DNA of 64,000 bases, from the IMG/VR virus record IMGVR_UViG_3300012952_000020, positions 13,537 to 77,536 of that record. One strand, written 5' to 3'. The notes below the pieces were generated by a model. The model was given only the letters and a program-made list of their open reading frames with translations, made no database searches and was not told the DNA's origin. This DNA is from a virus. Both the position numbers and the translations under genes were made by a program. This document shows positions 52,800 through 63,506 of the stretch, piece by piece; position 1 is the stretch's first letter; the number at the start of each line of letters is the position of its first letter.

Positions 52800-55148
52800 T
52801 TACGTCACCATGATGTAGGAAGTTCCTACGTGTCCGAAGTCCGTTGGGTCAGCCTCGTTATCCAACTGGATACGGACCTCGTATGTCTTCAACGTGTCTT
52901 GAAGGTTTCCGGGGTCCGAGCCTACCGTGAGAGCGCCGGTCAACACCTGCTCATGGGTTGCCGACTCCGTAGTCTCCAAGCTGGTCGTGTCCACTTCCTC
53001 TCCATCGGTGAGGTTGTAGAGAAGCACTTGCAGACCAAGGCCTGAGCCTGCGGTAGCACCGCCAACCACAATGTTTGCTCCAAAGTGAAACTCTCGTGAG
53101 CCACTGTAGGTGGTCGGGTCGAATGTGAACTGTCCAACAGACGCCGAGGTCGATGTTTGATCCACAAGCTCCGATGTTGACAACGTAATGAACTGTGGCA
53201 TGAACTCGCCCTCCTCAAAAATGTCACATAGATACTCTAACCAGTTATGGTGTGTTCTGAACTCGTAGGAGCCGAGAACGCTCCCCCAAGGGTACTCTGG
53301 ATGGGGCCAAGAGTACAGATGGCAGACCCCCGGTGTGGAGTCGTGAGCCACGTCAGTACCCAACGGCATCCACGACTCGGTGTTCAGACCTTCGATGAGT
53401 CCTGTAGCCGAATCGAAGCCCAAAGGCTTCCAAGGTTCCTCAACATCCAGCAGGTCTACCATCACTTGGAACGCTGCGTAGTGCATAGCGAACAGTGGGG
53501 CGATCCTGTAAATCTTCCGTACGATGACCTCGGTGAGCGGGATGAACGCTCCGGTGGTCTTCAAGTAGTCCGGTGGCTCCAGAACGATTGCAACACCGTT
53601 GTTGTTCTGCCAAGGCCAGCCTACGCCGCCGTTGTCGATAATGATTTCACTGGATGGGAGGTAGGTCTTCCTGTCTCGTACTGTTCCTGTCCCTTGTGCG
53701 TAGATGGGGTCCGTCGAATCGTACAACGTAAGGAACGGTAGGGAGGCGACCTTCTCACTCCAGACACCATCGCCAATCTGATACAAGGTGCCGCCCGTAC
53801 CGGCATCGGTCTGTGCAGCCGACAAAGGCCCAATACGAATCGTGGTTTCATTTATGACCTCATGCAGATGACAAATCCGATTGAGGTCGTCAGGGAGTGC
53901 GCCTTCGTGTCCGTCGATCTTTACTGCAAGTGTGCTGGTCGGTCCTACTTCCAAGTGGTGAGCACTGTCCAACTCCACAACAGCAAACTCATCCGGCCCA
54001 ATCGTTACTGGGGTGGATGACAGAATGGCGAAGGGAGACTCGATTGCCTCGGGTGACGGTGCTTCTGCATCTACCCAAGCTACATCCCCGTCAGGGGGTC
54101 CACCGGGATCTCCGGGTTTGACTGCTCCGTCGTACGGGGTGTGCGGGTTCTGCGTGAGAACCCACTTCCAGCCTTCGTACACGGAAATGTCCCATCCGGT
54201 GACTGTCTGGAGCACCAACTCCAAAGCGTCGATTGTGCCTTTCGATTTCCAGAGCGGGACCGCCTGCTCTGTCTCGATGCGTCGCCGCGTTTCCGGCAAC
54301 TCGTAGTTAGTCGGCCAAGCAAGCAGCCAATCAATATACGGAAGGCGAGCAAAATCAACATCGCCTACGTCTATGCCCTTGGCCTTGAAGAAGTCCACTT
54401 CTTCTTTCACAGTATCCAGTATGCGACCCATAGCTTGAGTCATCCGGTATACCGAATCATCCCCTTCCTTGAAGTCCTTGATCTTCCAATACCGTGGAAG
54501 GTAGTTGAACAGTTCGTCACCGTGGGGCGAGTAGTTTTCACCTGTACCATCATCACGAAAATGCTGCCCGTAAGCCCAACAACGGGAGTGACCGTTTCGG
54601 GGGTCAAACCACCAAGCGATAGGTGCCGAGGTTTCAAAGTACGCCGTGTAGTAGTAGACGACGCCGGACACGATTTCGTGGTCCAGAAACGCAAACTCAT
54701 CGAGATAGGCTTCCCGCTCGATTTCCTCGTCGGGGTCTGCCCCTCCGAATGATACGTTGCCGCTGTAGTCAGCCTCGTAGACCAGCGTGCCTTTATCTTC
54801 CGGCTGCGGATCGTGAACGCCTGCCGTGTAGGTGACATCCAAAATGTCACGAGAAAACTCACGAGTCTTCCTGTAGATGCGAACCTTACCTGTGAACACC
54901 AGCGGGGGATTCAACGCATCGCCAGCGTAGTCAGCCGGGAAAGCCCACGTCAGCTTCAAGTAGGGACCGGCTACCACCAGTGGATGATCCGTTGTTCCGA
55001 CGTTGGAATCTACGGGCATGTTTCCACGGGCGCACCGCAGCGGAGCACCAATAACCATGTTGGTCTTTCGACCTGTGGTTGTGCCTACTCCGTCGCTAAC
55101 AAATGCCGCTTGCCAAATGTCAGCCTCTCTGCGGGTATCGTCAGCCAA
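52800..55148 (-). CDS. baseplate wedge / tail protein I-like
   Basis: LF.YLP..W, LPY..WL..W, RR......LW.SKGT...LE; TTG start at 55148 with GGAGG RBS. Confidence 0.78.
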   Translation of the reverse strand: MADDTRREADIWQAAFVSDGVGTTTGRKTNMVIGAPLRCARGNMPVDSNVGTTDHPLVVAGPYLKLTWAFPADYAGDALNPPLVFTGKVRIYRKTREFSRDILDVTYTAGVHDPQPEDKGTLVYEADYSGNVSFGGADPDEEIEREAYLDEFAFLDHEIVSGVVYYYTAYFETSAPIAWWFDPRNGHSRCWAYGQHFRDDGTGENYSPHGDELFNYLPRYWKIKDFKEGDDSVYRMTQAMGRILDTVKEEVDFFKAKGIDVGDVDFARLPYIDWLLAWPTNYELPETRRRIETEQAVPLWKSKGTIDALELVLQTVTGWDISVYEGWKWVLTQNPHTPYDGAVKPGDPGGPPDGDVAWVDAEAPSPEAIESPFAILSSTPVTIGPDEFAVVELDSAHHLEVGPTSTLAVKIDGHEGALPDDLNRICHLHEVINETTIRIGPLSAAQTDAGTGGTLYQIGDGVWSEKVASLPFLTLYDSTDPIYAQGTGTVRDRKTYLPSSEIIIDNGGVGWPWQNNNGVAIVLEPPDYLKTTGAFIPLTEVIVRKIYRIAPLFAMHYAAFQVMVDLLDVEEPWKPLGFDSATGLIEGLNTESWMPLGTDVAHDSTPGVCHLYSWPHPEYPWGSVLGSYEFRTHHNWLEYLCDIFEEGEFMPQFITLSTSELVDQTSTSASVGQFTFDPTTYSGSREFHFGANIVVGGATAGSGLGLQVLLYNLTDGEEVDTTSLETTESATHEQVLTGALTVGSDPGNLQDTLKTYEVRIQLDNEADPTDFGHVGTSYIMVT

Positions 55149-57045
55149 TGCCGCCTCCGTATGAGAATCCAATCTCGTCAGGGTTCAGACGGTCGCCTTG
55201 GTAGATAGTGGCTACGACAACCTCATAAGGTTCCGCAGCGATGTTACCCAGTTGGTAGTCAACGGTGAACACCCACTCATCGCCCGACCTCGGCATGAAG
55301 CCTGCGTCGGTCTGGATCGTGACGGTGAACTGGTTGCGCTCAACAGGGACGTTCTTCTTGATCGTGTTTGGGTACTCGATGATCTCGTACGCTGTGCCGT
55401 CGCCCATGAACCTTCTGACTTGACCGTGTTTGTCAAGAACTGGTCCTGTGACCTTGCCGTGCAGTTCGTAGACGATTCCGTTCTTCCACTTGATGGTGTA
55501 CGTGTCAGCGTTGATCTGACCGTGCATGTCCGTGATGCCCATTACTGCATTGTCGAAAGCCGCCTCGTAGCCACGCTTGAACCTACCCACAGGGAGTCGG
55601 TGAAACTGGGTGATGTTACAGAAGTCCACACCACGGCAGTTCTCCACAATCTGTGTGAGTCGAGACAGGGGAACCCCGATACCGAAGTCCTCCGTAAGTG
55701 TGCGAAAATACCGGACAAGTTGGACCTCAATCTCTGTACGAACATCCGATTGGAGGACGTTGGGTAGGCACATTACAGTGCCTTGGATGTAGGGTCGGAT
55801 CACGGTCGGCTTCTCTACAAAGAGCCTTGTGGGTACTGGCTTTCGCTCGGTGAGGAACCTTCCGACCGCACCGATAAGGCCGGTGCCGCTATCCAGATCG
55901 GGGAACCACTTGCCAGATGGCACTGGGTTGTCTCCATCGGACAGCACATAGACCGCTACCTCAAACGGGTTGTCAGTGTGTGCCGCCCTTGCAGCCTTCA
56001 CACCGCCACCGGGGATGGTTCGGGTCAGTGTTTCAAAATCCTCTAAAGTCACTGCACGGTTTAGCGCACGCAAAGACAGAGGACCGTACTTCTTGGCGTC
56101 CTCAATAGGCTCCGCGTTCGCACCGCCAGACGGTTGCTCCGGGTTGGTGAGCGAAGCCAGCCCTGCAATAGTTGGGGAGACTGATACCAGCGTGCCGACA
56201 CCTACTTGGTTGCCTTGCGCTCCACCGCCGATGCGGTAGTCGGCTACTACGCTTGCTCCGATGGGAGGTAGCTTTCCGTTTACCCCGTCACCGAAACGGA
56301 GAGACACTCGACCGAAGGAATCCGTCTCGTAAATATAGACCTCATCTTCCGGCTCGTTGCCCAAGAAGTTCGATCCGTCACCTTCGATGCCGCCGAGATC
56401 CCACTTGACACCATCCACATAAATGTTGAGCGGGGAAGTCCCATCGGGGTTGAAGCATAGCGGGTACTGGGAAAGCGTGAATCGTTGTGACGCAGACCCA
56501 TCTGACGTGCCTACGCCCTCGCCCGCAACCGTTGTGCCGTGAACGAGGACAAGCCGTGGCTCATCCCCTGTCGTGTATGTACCGGCAGGACCGAGCATGA
56601 TGCTTTCAAGCAACTCGAATGTCTGTGAAGCTGACCCCGCCGTTGGCGTAGAGGTCACTTTGAGTCCGGCAGGAAGGATCACGCCCGCAGCAGTCGTCGT
56701 GACTGTTACAGGAACAGACGCCGCAGCAGCCGGGGAAAGCCTGTAGCCGATAAGCTGCAACAGTTGGACGACGGAAGACCGCTCTTGTGCGGTCAGCAGA
56801 TACGATTCGTTCTGAACTCTATCGAGGTGATACGAGAGTACGTCACCGACGTACGACATAGCCTCCAGAAGCACGACTCCGGGATCGGACGGGTAAAAGT
56901 CCGTCCACTCTGGGGTGAGAGACTGGACGAGTTCGATCAGTGCGTCACGGATTGTCTCATAATCACGAGCCGTTGGGTCGAGTTGTACTGGGAGTCCACC
57001 GAGAGAGGACGCTGTGATGGACCGTGGCCCTTCATTTATACTCAT
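55141..57045 (-). CDS. baseplate J-like wedge protein
   Basis: RDYE.I...L....PEWTD..PSDPG..LLE, FGDG..G..P, GG...E, RAVT.EDF. Confidence 0.92.
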   Translation of the reverse strand: MSINEGPRSITASSLGGLPVQLDPTARDYETIRDALIELVQSLTPEWTDFYPSDPGVVLLEAMSYVGDVLSYHLDRVQNESYLLTAQERSSVVQLLQLIGYRLSPAAAASVPVTVTTTAAGVILPAGLKVTSTPTAGSASQTFELLESIMLGPAGTYTTGDEPRLVLVHGTTVAGEGVGTSDGSASQRFTLSQYPLCFNPDGTSPLNIYVDGVKWDLGGIEGDGSNFLGNEPEDEVYIYETDSFGRVSLRFGDGVNGKLPPIGASVVADYRIGGGAQGNQVGVGTLVSVSPTIAGLASLTNPEQPSGGANAEPIEDAKKYGPLSLRALNRAVTLEDFETLTRTIPGGGVKAARAAHTDNPFEVAVYVLSDGDNPVPSGKWFPDLDSGTGLIGAVGRFLTERKPVPTRLFVEKPTVIRPYIQGTVMCLPNVLQSDVRTEIEVQLVRYFRTLTEDFGIGVPLSRLTQIVENCRGVDFCNITQFHRLPVGRFKRGYEAAFDNAVMGITDMHGQINADTYTIKWKNGIVYELHGKVTGPVLDKHGQVRRFMGDGTAYEIIEYPNTIKKNVPVERNQFTVTIQTDAGFMPRSGDEWVFTVDYQLGNIAAEPYEVVVATIYQGDRLNPDEIGFSYGGGIG

Positions 57046-57434
57046 GTCGATTCCTCCTCAAGTAGAACAATCAGATCATCAAACTCTCCTGACGACTTGA
57101 TAGCATACGAAACCTCAATCTTGAGCGTACCGTTCACTGTGTCAGCCGTAGCGTTCACGCCGTTCACCATCACCCGAGGCTCGTAACGATAGATAGCCTC
57201 GGTAACGAGATTCTTTACCAAGGTGACTGTCGTGGAGTCGAGATTACGGAACAACGCACTAAGGCCCAGCGTACCGTACTCTGGATTCATAGCACGATCC
57301 TCTACGGAAGTCAGTATCAGTGCCGACAACATGTCCTTCATCTTGTCCTTACCGCTGGCACGCTCCAAGTGGCCCAAACCACCAAAGCGGAGCGGAAATG
57401 CAAGCCCCTTCTGTACTGTAGTTGCACCCGGCAT
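57042..57434 (-). CDS. gp25/GPW-like baseplate protein
   Basis: G..FP, LI.T...DR.M.PEYG, I..YEPRV. Confidence 0.88.
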   Translation of the reverse strand: MPGATTVQKGLAFPLRFGGLGHLERASGKDKMKDMLSALILTSVEDRAMNPEYGTLGLSALFRNLDSTTVTLVKNLVTEAIYRYEPRVMVNGVNATADTVNGTLKIEVSYAIKSSGEFDDLIVLLEEEST

Positions 57435-58660
57435 TAGTCACCTCTCCCAAACTTCTCTTTATATGCGTCCTTCTTCGACTTGCCTGCCTTCTTTGCGGTG
57501 GTGATGCCTTCATCACCAGACTGACCAATCGCATCGCCAATGCTGGCTCCTTCTGCCACCTTGACTCCTGTTTCCTTCTCGATGCTGGCAATCATCACGT
57601 CTTCGGCAACCTTTGTGACGCTTCCGGGGTCCTGTGCGAACCCAATCAGCGCCTTGAACACTTCGATTGCATCCCCAGCCGCCGCTTGCATGTGCAAAGC
57701 TACGCCGCCTGCCACCATCATGTCTCCAACACCTTCAAAGGGGTACTTCTCACTGTTCTTGCCTTCCTTGATCGCACCGGAAATGGACCGAGTTGACCCT
57801 GTTCCGGTGACTTCCAAGACGTGAAGACCTGTCAGCGAGACAAGTAGGTCGATGATGGTGATGACTGTCTCAACCAGCTTCTCCGACAACTCAATCAACT
57901 TGTCGATCTTCTTTCCGATGGCCTCGATCAGCTTCTTGATGTACCCAATCTTGTCCAGATTAGGCTCCAGCATCTCCCTGACAGCCAGCAGCGTGTTGAC
58001 GACTTCCTTGAATGGACCCCAATCTGCCAATCGAACAGTTGTCCAGTCAGGTGAGGTGCCGCCTCCGGGGATCAGGGTCGGAGGGTACTGCGGTGGGTCG
58101 CCCAGCAAGTCCTCAAACTTGGACCTGCCCTTGTGATCGGACATGTTGACTTTGATCGGCTTACCGAACAACTCCATGATGGCTTCAATGATGTCCAGAA
58201 TCTTGGTGTAGTCGGGAACAGCCGCCATAGCCACCCAAGTCATAAAGAAGTTGCCTTCGCTGTCTCCAAAAGGACGTTGAGTGTCCTTCTTGTCGTTGAA
58301 GGCTTTACTGATGCGGTCCACAAACTGGTCGGGGTTATCCGCAGACCTAAATGACTCCGGTATGTGCATACAAAATGAGATCGAGGTTCCTATAAAGAAC
58401 TCGATAGCCGCGTCGATAGCAAAGATGGCCGCTTCAAGCGCCAAAGCCACAAGGTCCGATATTCCCAGCAGGATTGCCGCGACAATATCGAGCACAACCT
58501 TGACGATCTCCAACAGGGTTGTGAGCACTTCCAAGGTATCAGCCAGCACATCGGAGACAGACTGCACCGCCTCTGGAATCAGAGCCGACAGGTTTAGCTC
58601 CGTCCAGTTGATGCTGTAGTCAGGCTCCAAGCCTGTATCTATTACCTCGTTGTGTGGCAC
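57434..58660 (-). CDS. hypothetical baseplate-region helical protein
   Basis: 408 aa, amphipathic/hydrophobic helices. Confidence 0.7.
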   Translation of the reverse strand: MPHNEVIDTGLEPDYSINWTELNLSALIPEAVQSVSDVLADTLEVLTTLLEIVKVVLDIVAAILLGISDLVALALEAAIFAIDAAIEFFIGTSISFCMHIPESFRSADNPDQFVDRISKAFNDKKDTQRPFGDSEGNFFMTWVAMAAVPDYTKILDIIEAIMELFGKPIKVNMSDHKGRSKFEDLLGDPPQYPPTLIPGGGTSPDWTTVRLADWGPFKEVVNTLLAVREMLEPNLDKIGYIKKLIEAIGKKIDKLIELSEKLVETVITIIDLLVSLTGLHVLEVTGTGSTRSISGAIKEGKNSEKYPFEGVGDMMVAGGVALHMQAAAGDAIEVFKALIGFAQDPGSVTKVAEDVMIASIEKETGVKVAEGASIGDAIGQSGDEGITTAKKAGKSKKDAYKEKFGRGD

Positions 58661-59139
58661 TATTCTTCTCCCTGCTCCAACCGCTGACGCCGCTGTTCCT
58701 CTACCAGAGCGTGACGCGAGTTAGAATCGGCCTGTATCGCTTTCAGCCTGACGTGTTGGGATAAACCCATCACCTTCATCGCGTCCTTCTTGATGGTCAG
58801 CCACGCGACCAAAGCAAACAAACCCTGTAGCCTGTTCGTGATGCCCTCGTGTACCTTCAAGTCCTCTCCCTTGCGGGTCTTGTTGAAGAACTCCCCAATC
58901 TGGTTGGCGTCCTCTGTGAACTTGGTCAGCCATTGTTCTGCGTCTTCTCCGTAAATCACCCAAGGGGGTTGAGCCACCTTGTCCAAAGCGATGCCTTGTT
59001 GACGCAGCTTGTCAGCCAACGCCATAAGTTTCTGCCCTTGCGGGCTATCCATCTTCTCCATGAAGCGATCACTCAACTCCTCATTGAGTGAGTGTACTGT
59101 CGTAGGTTTACCGTTGTTTGTCAAGGTCTTCGTTTTCAT
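58660..59139 (-). CDS. hypothetical protein
   Basis: 159 aa, coupled ORF. Confidence 0.65.
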   Translation of the reverse strand: MKTKTLTNNGKPTTVHSLNEELSDRFMEKMDSPQGQKLMALADKLRQQGIALDKVAQPPWVIYGEDAEQWLTKFTEDANQIGEFFNKTRKGEDLKVHEGITNRLQGLFALVAWLTIKKDAMKVMGLSQHVRLKAIQADSNSRHALVEEQRRQRLEQGEE

Positions 59140-59423
59140 GCGATAGTCCCTGTTCCCGATCCGGCACCCACACCCGGAGTCGTGGTTGAGCCTGTCTGTG
59201 CGGCTGGTGAGCCTGCCGTGACTACAACCTGACCCGGCGCAACCGTAGTGGTGACTGCTGTAGTGACTACACCCGTCTTGATGTACGCGTCGATAGCTGC
59301 CGCATAAGCCGCCGCCTTGGTTTTGATATTAGCCTGCACAACTGCGTCGGGGATGGCCGGAGCCATCGAAGCCAAGTCTGCTGCTTCGATTGCTGCTGCG
59401 AGTACGTTAGGGACCATTGGCAT
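59136..59423 (-). CDS. hypothetical virion protein (spike-associated)
   Basis: A.AID.YIK...V.T....G...G.G.I pattern; AGGAG RBS. Confidence 0.65.
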   Translation of the reverse strand: MPMVPNVLAAAIEAADLASMAPAIPDAVVQANIKTKAAAYAAAIDAYIKTGVVTTAVTTTVAPGQVVVTAGSPAAQTGSTTTPGVGAGSGTGTIA

Positions 59424-59433
59424 GTGTCTTCTC

Positions 59434-60888
59434 CTATGTCTTTGACAAGTAAACAAGATCCGAGAGGATCATGGGGTTAGCCTGTGCCGACGATGGCACA
59501 AGAAAAGTCGATTGTAACGTGGTGAGCGCCGTAGTTGCAGCTACGCTTGATGCCGCAAGCACGGGATTCGGACCACCAAATCCCGGCGTAGCCCCTCCGG
59601 TACTCATAGTCGAAAAGAACGTGAGCATGGTTGCGTGGAGCGTTTGCAGGTACAAATACAACTGCTGCCCCATGACCATTGGTTCCTGAATAACGGGAAC
59701 TGCTGCTGGTCCTGTGGGGATCGTGAGATTGCCCAAGAAGATGTGCGGCCCGATGCTGGCTACGTTTGGAACAGGAAGTGACGCTGGCGGTGGCGCAGTT
59801 GAAGACGTAGGCATGATCTCCATGCCGATATTCACTGCAATACCTGTAGAGTCTTGACCGGCAATCGTGACCAGCCCGTTCTGCCCAACAATAGACAGGG
59901 TGTTTGCTATCGGGTTCCCGATGTTGTCCGAGTTGGAGAACGAGAACAGACCTGTGGCTCCCGAAGCTATGTTCACGTTACCCATAGAGCCGAGGTTCAT
60001 GTGACCGCTTGCCGTCATCTCGATATTTGACAGTGCGTCTACTCGATAGGTGCCTTCCACATCCATAAGCACAGAGCCGCTCACATTCTCGGTGCGAGTA
60101 GACCCGTAGTCGATAACGGTTTCTGCCCCGTAGGTGATGACGTATGTACCGCCTACGTTGATATGGTAGTCGCCTGCGATGTTCTCCGTTTTCGTGCCTT
60201 GAATCTCGTTGACGTATGACCCATCACAGTACGCCGACATTTGCTTGCCGAAGGTATGCACCTTGCCCGCCGCACACGTATTGATGGAACCGTCAGCCAG
60301 TATCTCGATGAAGGCACCGGACTTGTGCTGGATCTGTACGCGCTCCTCACCCTCGGTGTCGTCAAACTCCAAATAGTGACCGGAAGGCGTACGCATCATA
60401 CGGACGTGCGGATACTGACCTTGGAAGTTGGACTCAGGTACTCCGTCGTTACCTCTCATGCTGCCGTCGAGATCGGAGCCATCAGGCAACCCTTGGCAGT
60501 GAAGCGGGATCGGGTTGTTGTTGCCTTGGTGCTCCACACTCTGCTCAATAGGAGATCCGTCAGACGGTCTTCCCACTGACGCATTGGTCCAAAAGCCTCC
60601 TGCGTAAATCGGGTTTCCTGCAAAGCCCTGTTCAAACTCAACCCAGACCAAAGAACCCACTGGCGGGATGAACAAGAAGCCTCCGTCCATAGCCCCAGCC
60701 ATAGGGGTACACGGAAAGGCCCAAGGTGACGCATCGTCACCGTACACAGGTTCACAACGAACCTTGATTCTACCCAGTTGGCGTGGGTCGTTGTTGTCCA
60801 AAACCAACGCTCGGTACTTGCCGAAAAACTTACCGGCGAACCGTTCAAAGAACTCTGGTGCGCCCAACAGGTAACTGGTGTCGCTCAT
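59434..60888 (-). CDS. baseplate spike (gp5/VgrG-like OB fold plus beta-helix)
   Basis: GKYRA.V.DN.DP..LGRIKV, P..GS.VWVEFE.G...PI..G, TPSGH.LEFDDT.G.ER. Confidence 0.9.
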   Translation of the reverse strand: MSDTSYLLGAPEFFERFAGKFFGKYRALVLDNNDPRQLGRIKVRCEPVYGDDASPWAFPCTPMAGAMDGGFLFIPPVGSLVWVEFEQGFAGNPIYAGGFWTNASVGRPSDGSPIEQSVEHQGNNNPIPLHCQGLPDGSDLDGSMRGNDGVPESNFQGQYPHVRMMRTPSGHYLEFDDTEGEERVQIQHKSGAFIEILADGSINTCAAGKVHTFGKQMSAYCDGSYVNEIQGTKTENIAGDYHINVGGTYVITYGAETVIDYGSTRTENVSGSVLMDVEGTYRVDALSNIEMTASGHMNLGSMGNVNIASGATGLFSFSNSDNIGNPIANTLSIVGQNGLVTIAGQDSTGIAVNIGMEIMPTSSTAPPPASLPVPNVASIGPHIFLGNLTIPTGPAAVPVIQEPMVMGQQLYLYLQTLHATMLTFFSTMSTGGATPGFGGPNPVLAASSVAATTALTTLQSTFLVPSSAQANPMILSDLVYLSKT

Positions 60889-62627
60889 CACTCACCTCCA
60901 GAGGTAAAGGTGACGACCTCGCCCCTGCCATTGATGTTGACCATAGTGGTGGGAGTGCTACTGCTACTGCTGCTTGAACTGGAACTCGAACTGCTGCTGC
61001 TGCTACTACTGCTACTGCTGCTACTGCTTCGGTTCCCTCCGCTTCCTGTTGACGGTGCGCCAGCGGTACACTCCAAGGTAGTGTTGAAGGTAGCACTGTA
61101 CGCATGGGTGACTTTCTTTACTGTGTATGCCCCGTCCACCTTGGCTCCACACCCAGATAGGTCTACTCCCATCTGTGGTCGGAACATCGGCGCACCCAAC
61201 TTTAGCTGGATGGTCAGACTTTTCAGTCTACCCTCCCGCAGAACCCTACGCCTTCGGACTCTAACCCTGTCACGGCCACTCTCATCCTCGCCCTCTGGCA
61301 CCATGCACATATTGTTGACCGGATCGTAGAACGGAGAACCGGATTGGCTTGAACCGGACTGCCCCCAAAATCGAGAAGACGTACTGGCAACCGGGGTGAC
61401 GGTGACTGCCCCCAAGTAGTCAATCGTGACTCTCGACTCGCTGGTGCCTCGGCCACTGCCTTCCAAGTTGCCTGCCTCGTTTACAAGACACTCTGCGTCC
61501 TCATCTGACGCAGCCGCGTACGAGGTTGGCATATCATCGAACGGATAGGACTCCGGGGTACTCTCCCCGAGGCTGGCTGTGGAGACAACGGAGTCCGACG
61601 TTTCAAACCCTGTCGGTGCGGTGTAGCCCCCGACGTTGCTTGTGGTGGGACTATTGAAACTTGCGTAGGACGACGCCAGTTGGTTCGCTTGACCTGTCAC
61701 GCCAGTTACACGGCTTAGGCTTGTACCGCCGCCAACGAGTCCACTTGTGATATACGAGTTTGCCGAGAATGAGCCGACACGCATATCGGTCCCGTCAGAA
61801 GCGATGACTACGTTACCTGCCATATCAACCTGCGACCCGTCAGCCCGAGTAGCTACTGGATCTCCGATAATACCTCCAGCCATGTCTGACGACTGTGGGC
61901 GTTGCCTCGTCTGCCTCGGGACATAGGACACTCGGGGCTTTCGATACTTGACCTTGATCTGCATGGCTTCCGCATCAGCCTGATTGTAGCGGATCTGAAC
62001 TCGTCCGAGGCTTTCCCTGCTGAACGGTGGAGCCAGTGTCATCTTCCCATCCGCGATGGTACACATCCAACCGAACTGTGCGGCCAGCGTTTGTGCGAAC
62101 CGAGCGTCGGACTCGCCTCCTTGCACCAACGGGTTCTCGTCGTCTACAGCGTAGTCCAAGTCTGCGGTTCCCCAACGACCTTCCTCAATGACCAGCTCCA
62201 AGTTGTTGTCAGCGCACAGGGACTCAAACATTTCACGGATGGTTCCGCTGGTGTGTACCCTGCGGCGACCTCTCGATGAAAGCCTGCCGCCTTCCTTGCC
62301 TTTGACCTTCAACTTGATCCCGCCTTTGGCGAGGTAGTCGAACTCAATCAACTCGATCTCGAACGGACCCCGTTCCTCGAACATGGTCCTGTAGCCCACG
62401 AAAATCTTTACGTTGTGCTGGAGAGCGAACAAAGGACTATCGAAGAACAACATGTTCGGGTCTTCGATAGCGAACTCGATAGTCGCCTTCTTGCCTGTTT
62501 CCTCGACCATTGTAAGGTAGAGCAGATTTTTGACGTAGATATACGGCAGTTGCTCACCGTTGATGCTGATGCCGAAAAACGGTTCCAACTCACGGAGGTA
62601 CTGCGGTGTGTAGACTTCGTACTTCAT
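60888..62627 (-). CDS. baseplate hub / late control D-like protein
   Basis: VGY, Q..ESD..F...LA..FG, G.Y.V.KV.H......T.L; position between the LysM gene and the spike. Confidence 0.82.
   Translation of the reverse strand: MKYEVYTPQYLRELEPFFGISINGEQLPYIYVKNLLYLTMVEETGKKATIEFAIEDPNMLFFDSPLFALQHNVKIFVGYRTMFEERGPFEIELIEFDYLAKGGIKLKVKGKEGGRLSSRGRRRVHTSGTIREMFESLCADNNLELVIEEGRWGTADLDYAVDDENPLVQGGESDARFAQTLAAQFGWMCTIADGKMTLAPPFSRESLGRVQIRYNQADAEAMQIKVKYRKPRVSYVPRQTRQRPQSSDMAGGIIGDPVATRADGSQVDMAGNVVIASDGTDMRVGSFSANSYITSGLVGGGTSLSRVTGVTGQANQLASSYASFNSPTTSNVGGYTAPTGFETSDSVVSTASLGESTPESYPFDDMPTSYAAASDEDAECLVNEAGNLEGSGRGTSESRVTIDYLGAVTVTPVASTSSRFWGQSGSSQSGSPFYDPVNNMCMVPEGEDESGRDRVRVRRRRVLREGRLKSLTIQLKLGAPMFRPQMGVDLSGCGAKVDGAYTVKKVTHAYSATFNTTLECTAGAPSTGSGGNRSSSSSSSSSSSSSSSSSSSSSSSSTPTTMVNINGRGEVVTFTSGGE
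60957..61028 (-). repeat. poly-serine tract (24 codons, mostly AGC/AGT)
   Basis: Direct reading of the low-complexity (gct/act)n run. Confidence 0.9.
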
Positions 62628-62637
62628 CGTGCCTCCC

Positions 62638-62982
62638 TCACATCACCGAAGGCACCAACCCCACTCTCGTTATGCTTGGGACTGTCAGAACTGTGTTTGG
62701 TTCAAGGTCGAAGGCATATCCGATTGCGGGGTTATGATCCGATATGACCCACCACAGCTTTGCGTCACGGTAGAACCGTTGCGCCAGCCCTGCGAGTGTG
62801 TCTCCCGGCTTGGTCACGTACTCAAACGAATCGTCTGCTGGCTTCCATGTGGTGTACCTCCTTGGAACCACACGATCTCTACGTGTAGGCGTAGCTTCCA
62901 GACTGGACTCATCTTGAGCGTAGATGTTGTATCGACGGATACCCCATCTGCGATACCTGCTGCGTCGTGAGAACTGTGCCAT
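62638..62982 (-). CDS. LysM / tail protein X-like baseplate protein
   Basis: Y.TK.GDTL..LA.RFY.D..LWW.I.D.NP....L..P; start 62982. Confidence 0.85.
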   Translation of the reverse strand: MAQFSRRSRYRRWGIRRYNIYAQDESSLEATPTRRDRVVPRRYTTWKPADDSFEYVTKPGDTLAGLAQRFYRDAKLWWVISDHNPAIGYAFDLEPNTVLTVPSITRVGLVPSVM

Positions 62983-63506
62983 TAGGACGATCCTCCTCTG
63001 CTGCGGATACCTTGAATGTGGGCAACTTCCTCGTCCAGACCCCAAGAGGTCAGGGTGAAGGAGACTGCCACGGATGCGGCTACGGGATCGAAGTCCCGGT
63101 TGAACATAGTGTAGTCGATGCCGATGCTGTTGATGACCCCGTTCCAAACGCGAGATCCCAATACCAGCTTGCATCGACCCGGAGAAACGAACTGCGGGGC
63201 AGACGCCGAAAAGTCTGATCCCGGCTGGGCAAACAACTTCAACTTAGCGATGTTCTCCAACAGGGCAGCCGAACCGCCGTTCTCTCTACAGTTGAGAAAC
63301 AGGCTGAACGAAATGACGGTTGGGCTGAACGCTTGAAACGACGCAACGGGAAGATACTGCCCCGGCGCATTGGACAAGTTCCACTTGACCGATACGCTCT
63401 CTTTTACGAACTGGGGATTATAGAGGAAGTCGTACGAATCCACCTCTGATCCGTTGTAGAACCGAATCAGCCTCCCTTTCGTTACTGGCGTTTCGCCGTG
63501 CGCCAC
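62982..63506 (-). CDS. tail tube initiator (CIS tube-like) protein
   Basis: F.YNP......V.W.....PG...P, P..C.L..G......I......Y.MF...P..A.V. Confidence 0.75.
   Translation of the reverse strand: MAHGETPVTKGRLIRFYNGSEVDSYDFLYNPQFVKESVSVKWNLSNAPGQYLPVASFQAFSPTVISFSLFLNCRENGGSAALLENIAKLKLFAQPGSDFSASAPQFVSPGRCKLVLGSRVWNGVINSIGIDYTMFNRDFDPVAASVAVSFTLTSWGLDEEVAHIQGIRSRGGSS

Noticed and set aside
59434-63506. Contractile injection system (eCIS/T6SS) interpretation of the spike, hub and baseplate genes
   Set aside because: They are contiguous with phage replication, lysis and tape-measure genes, so a myophage tail is the simpler explanation
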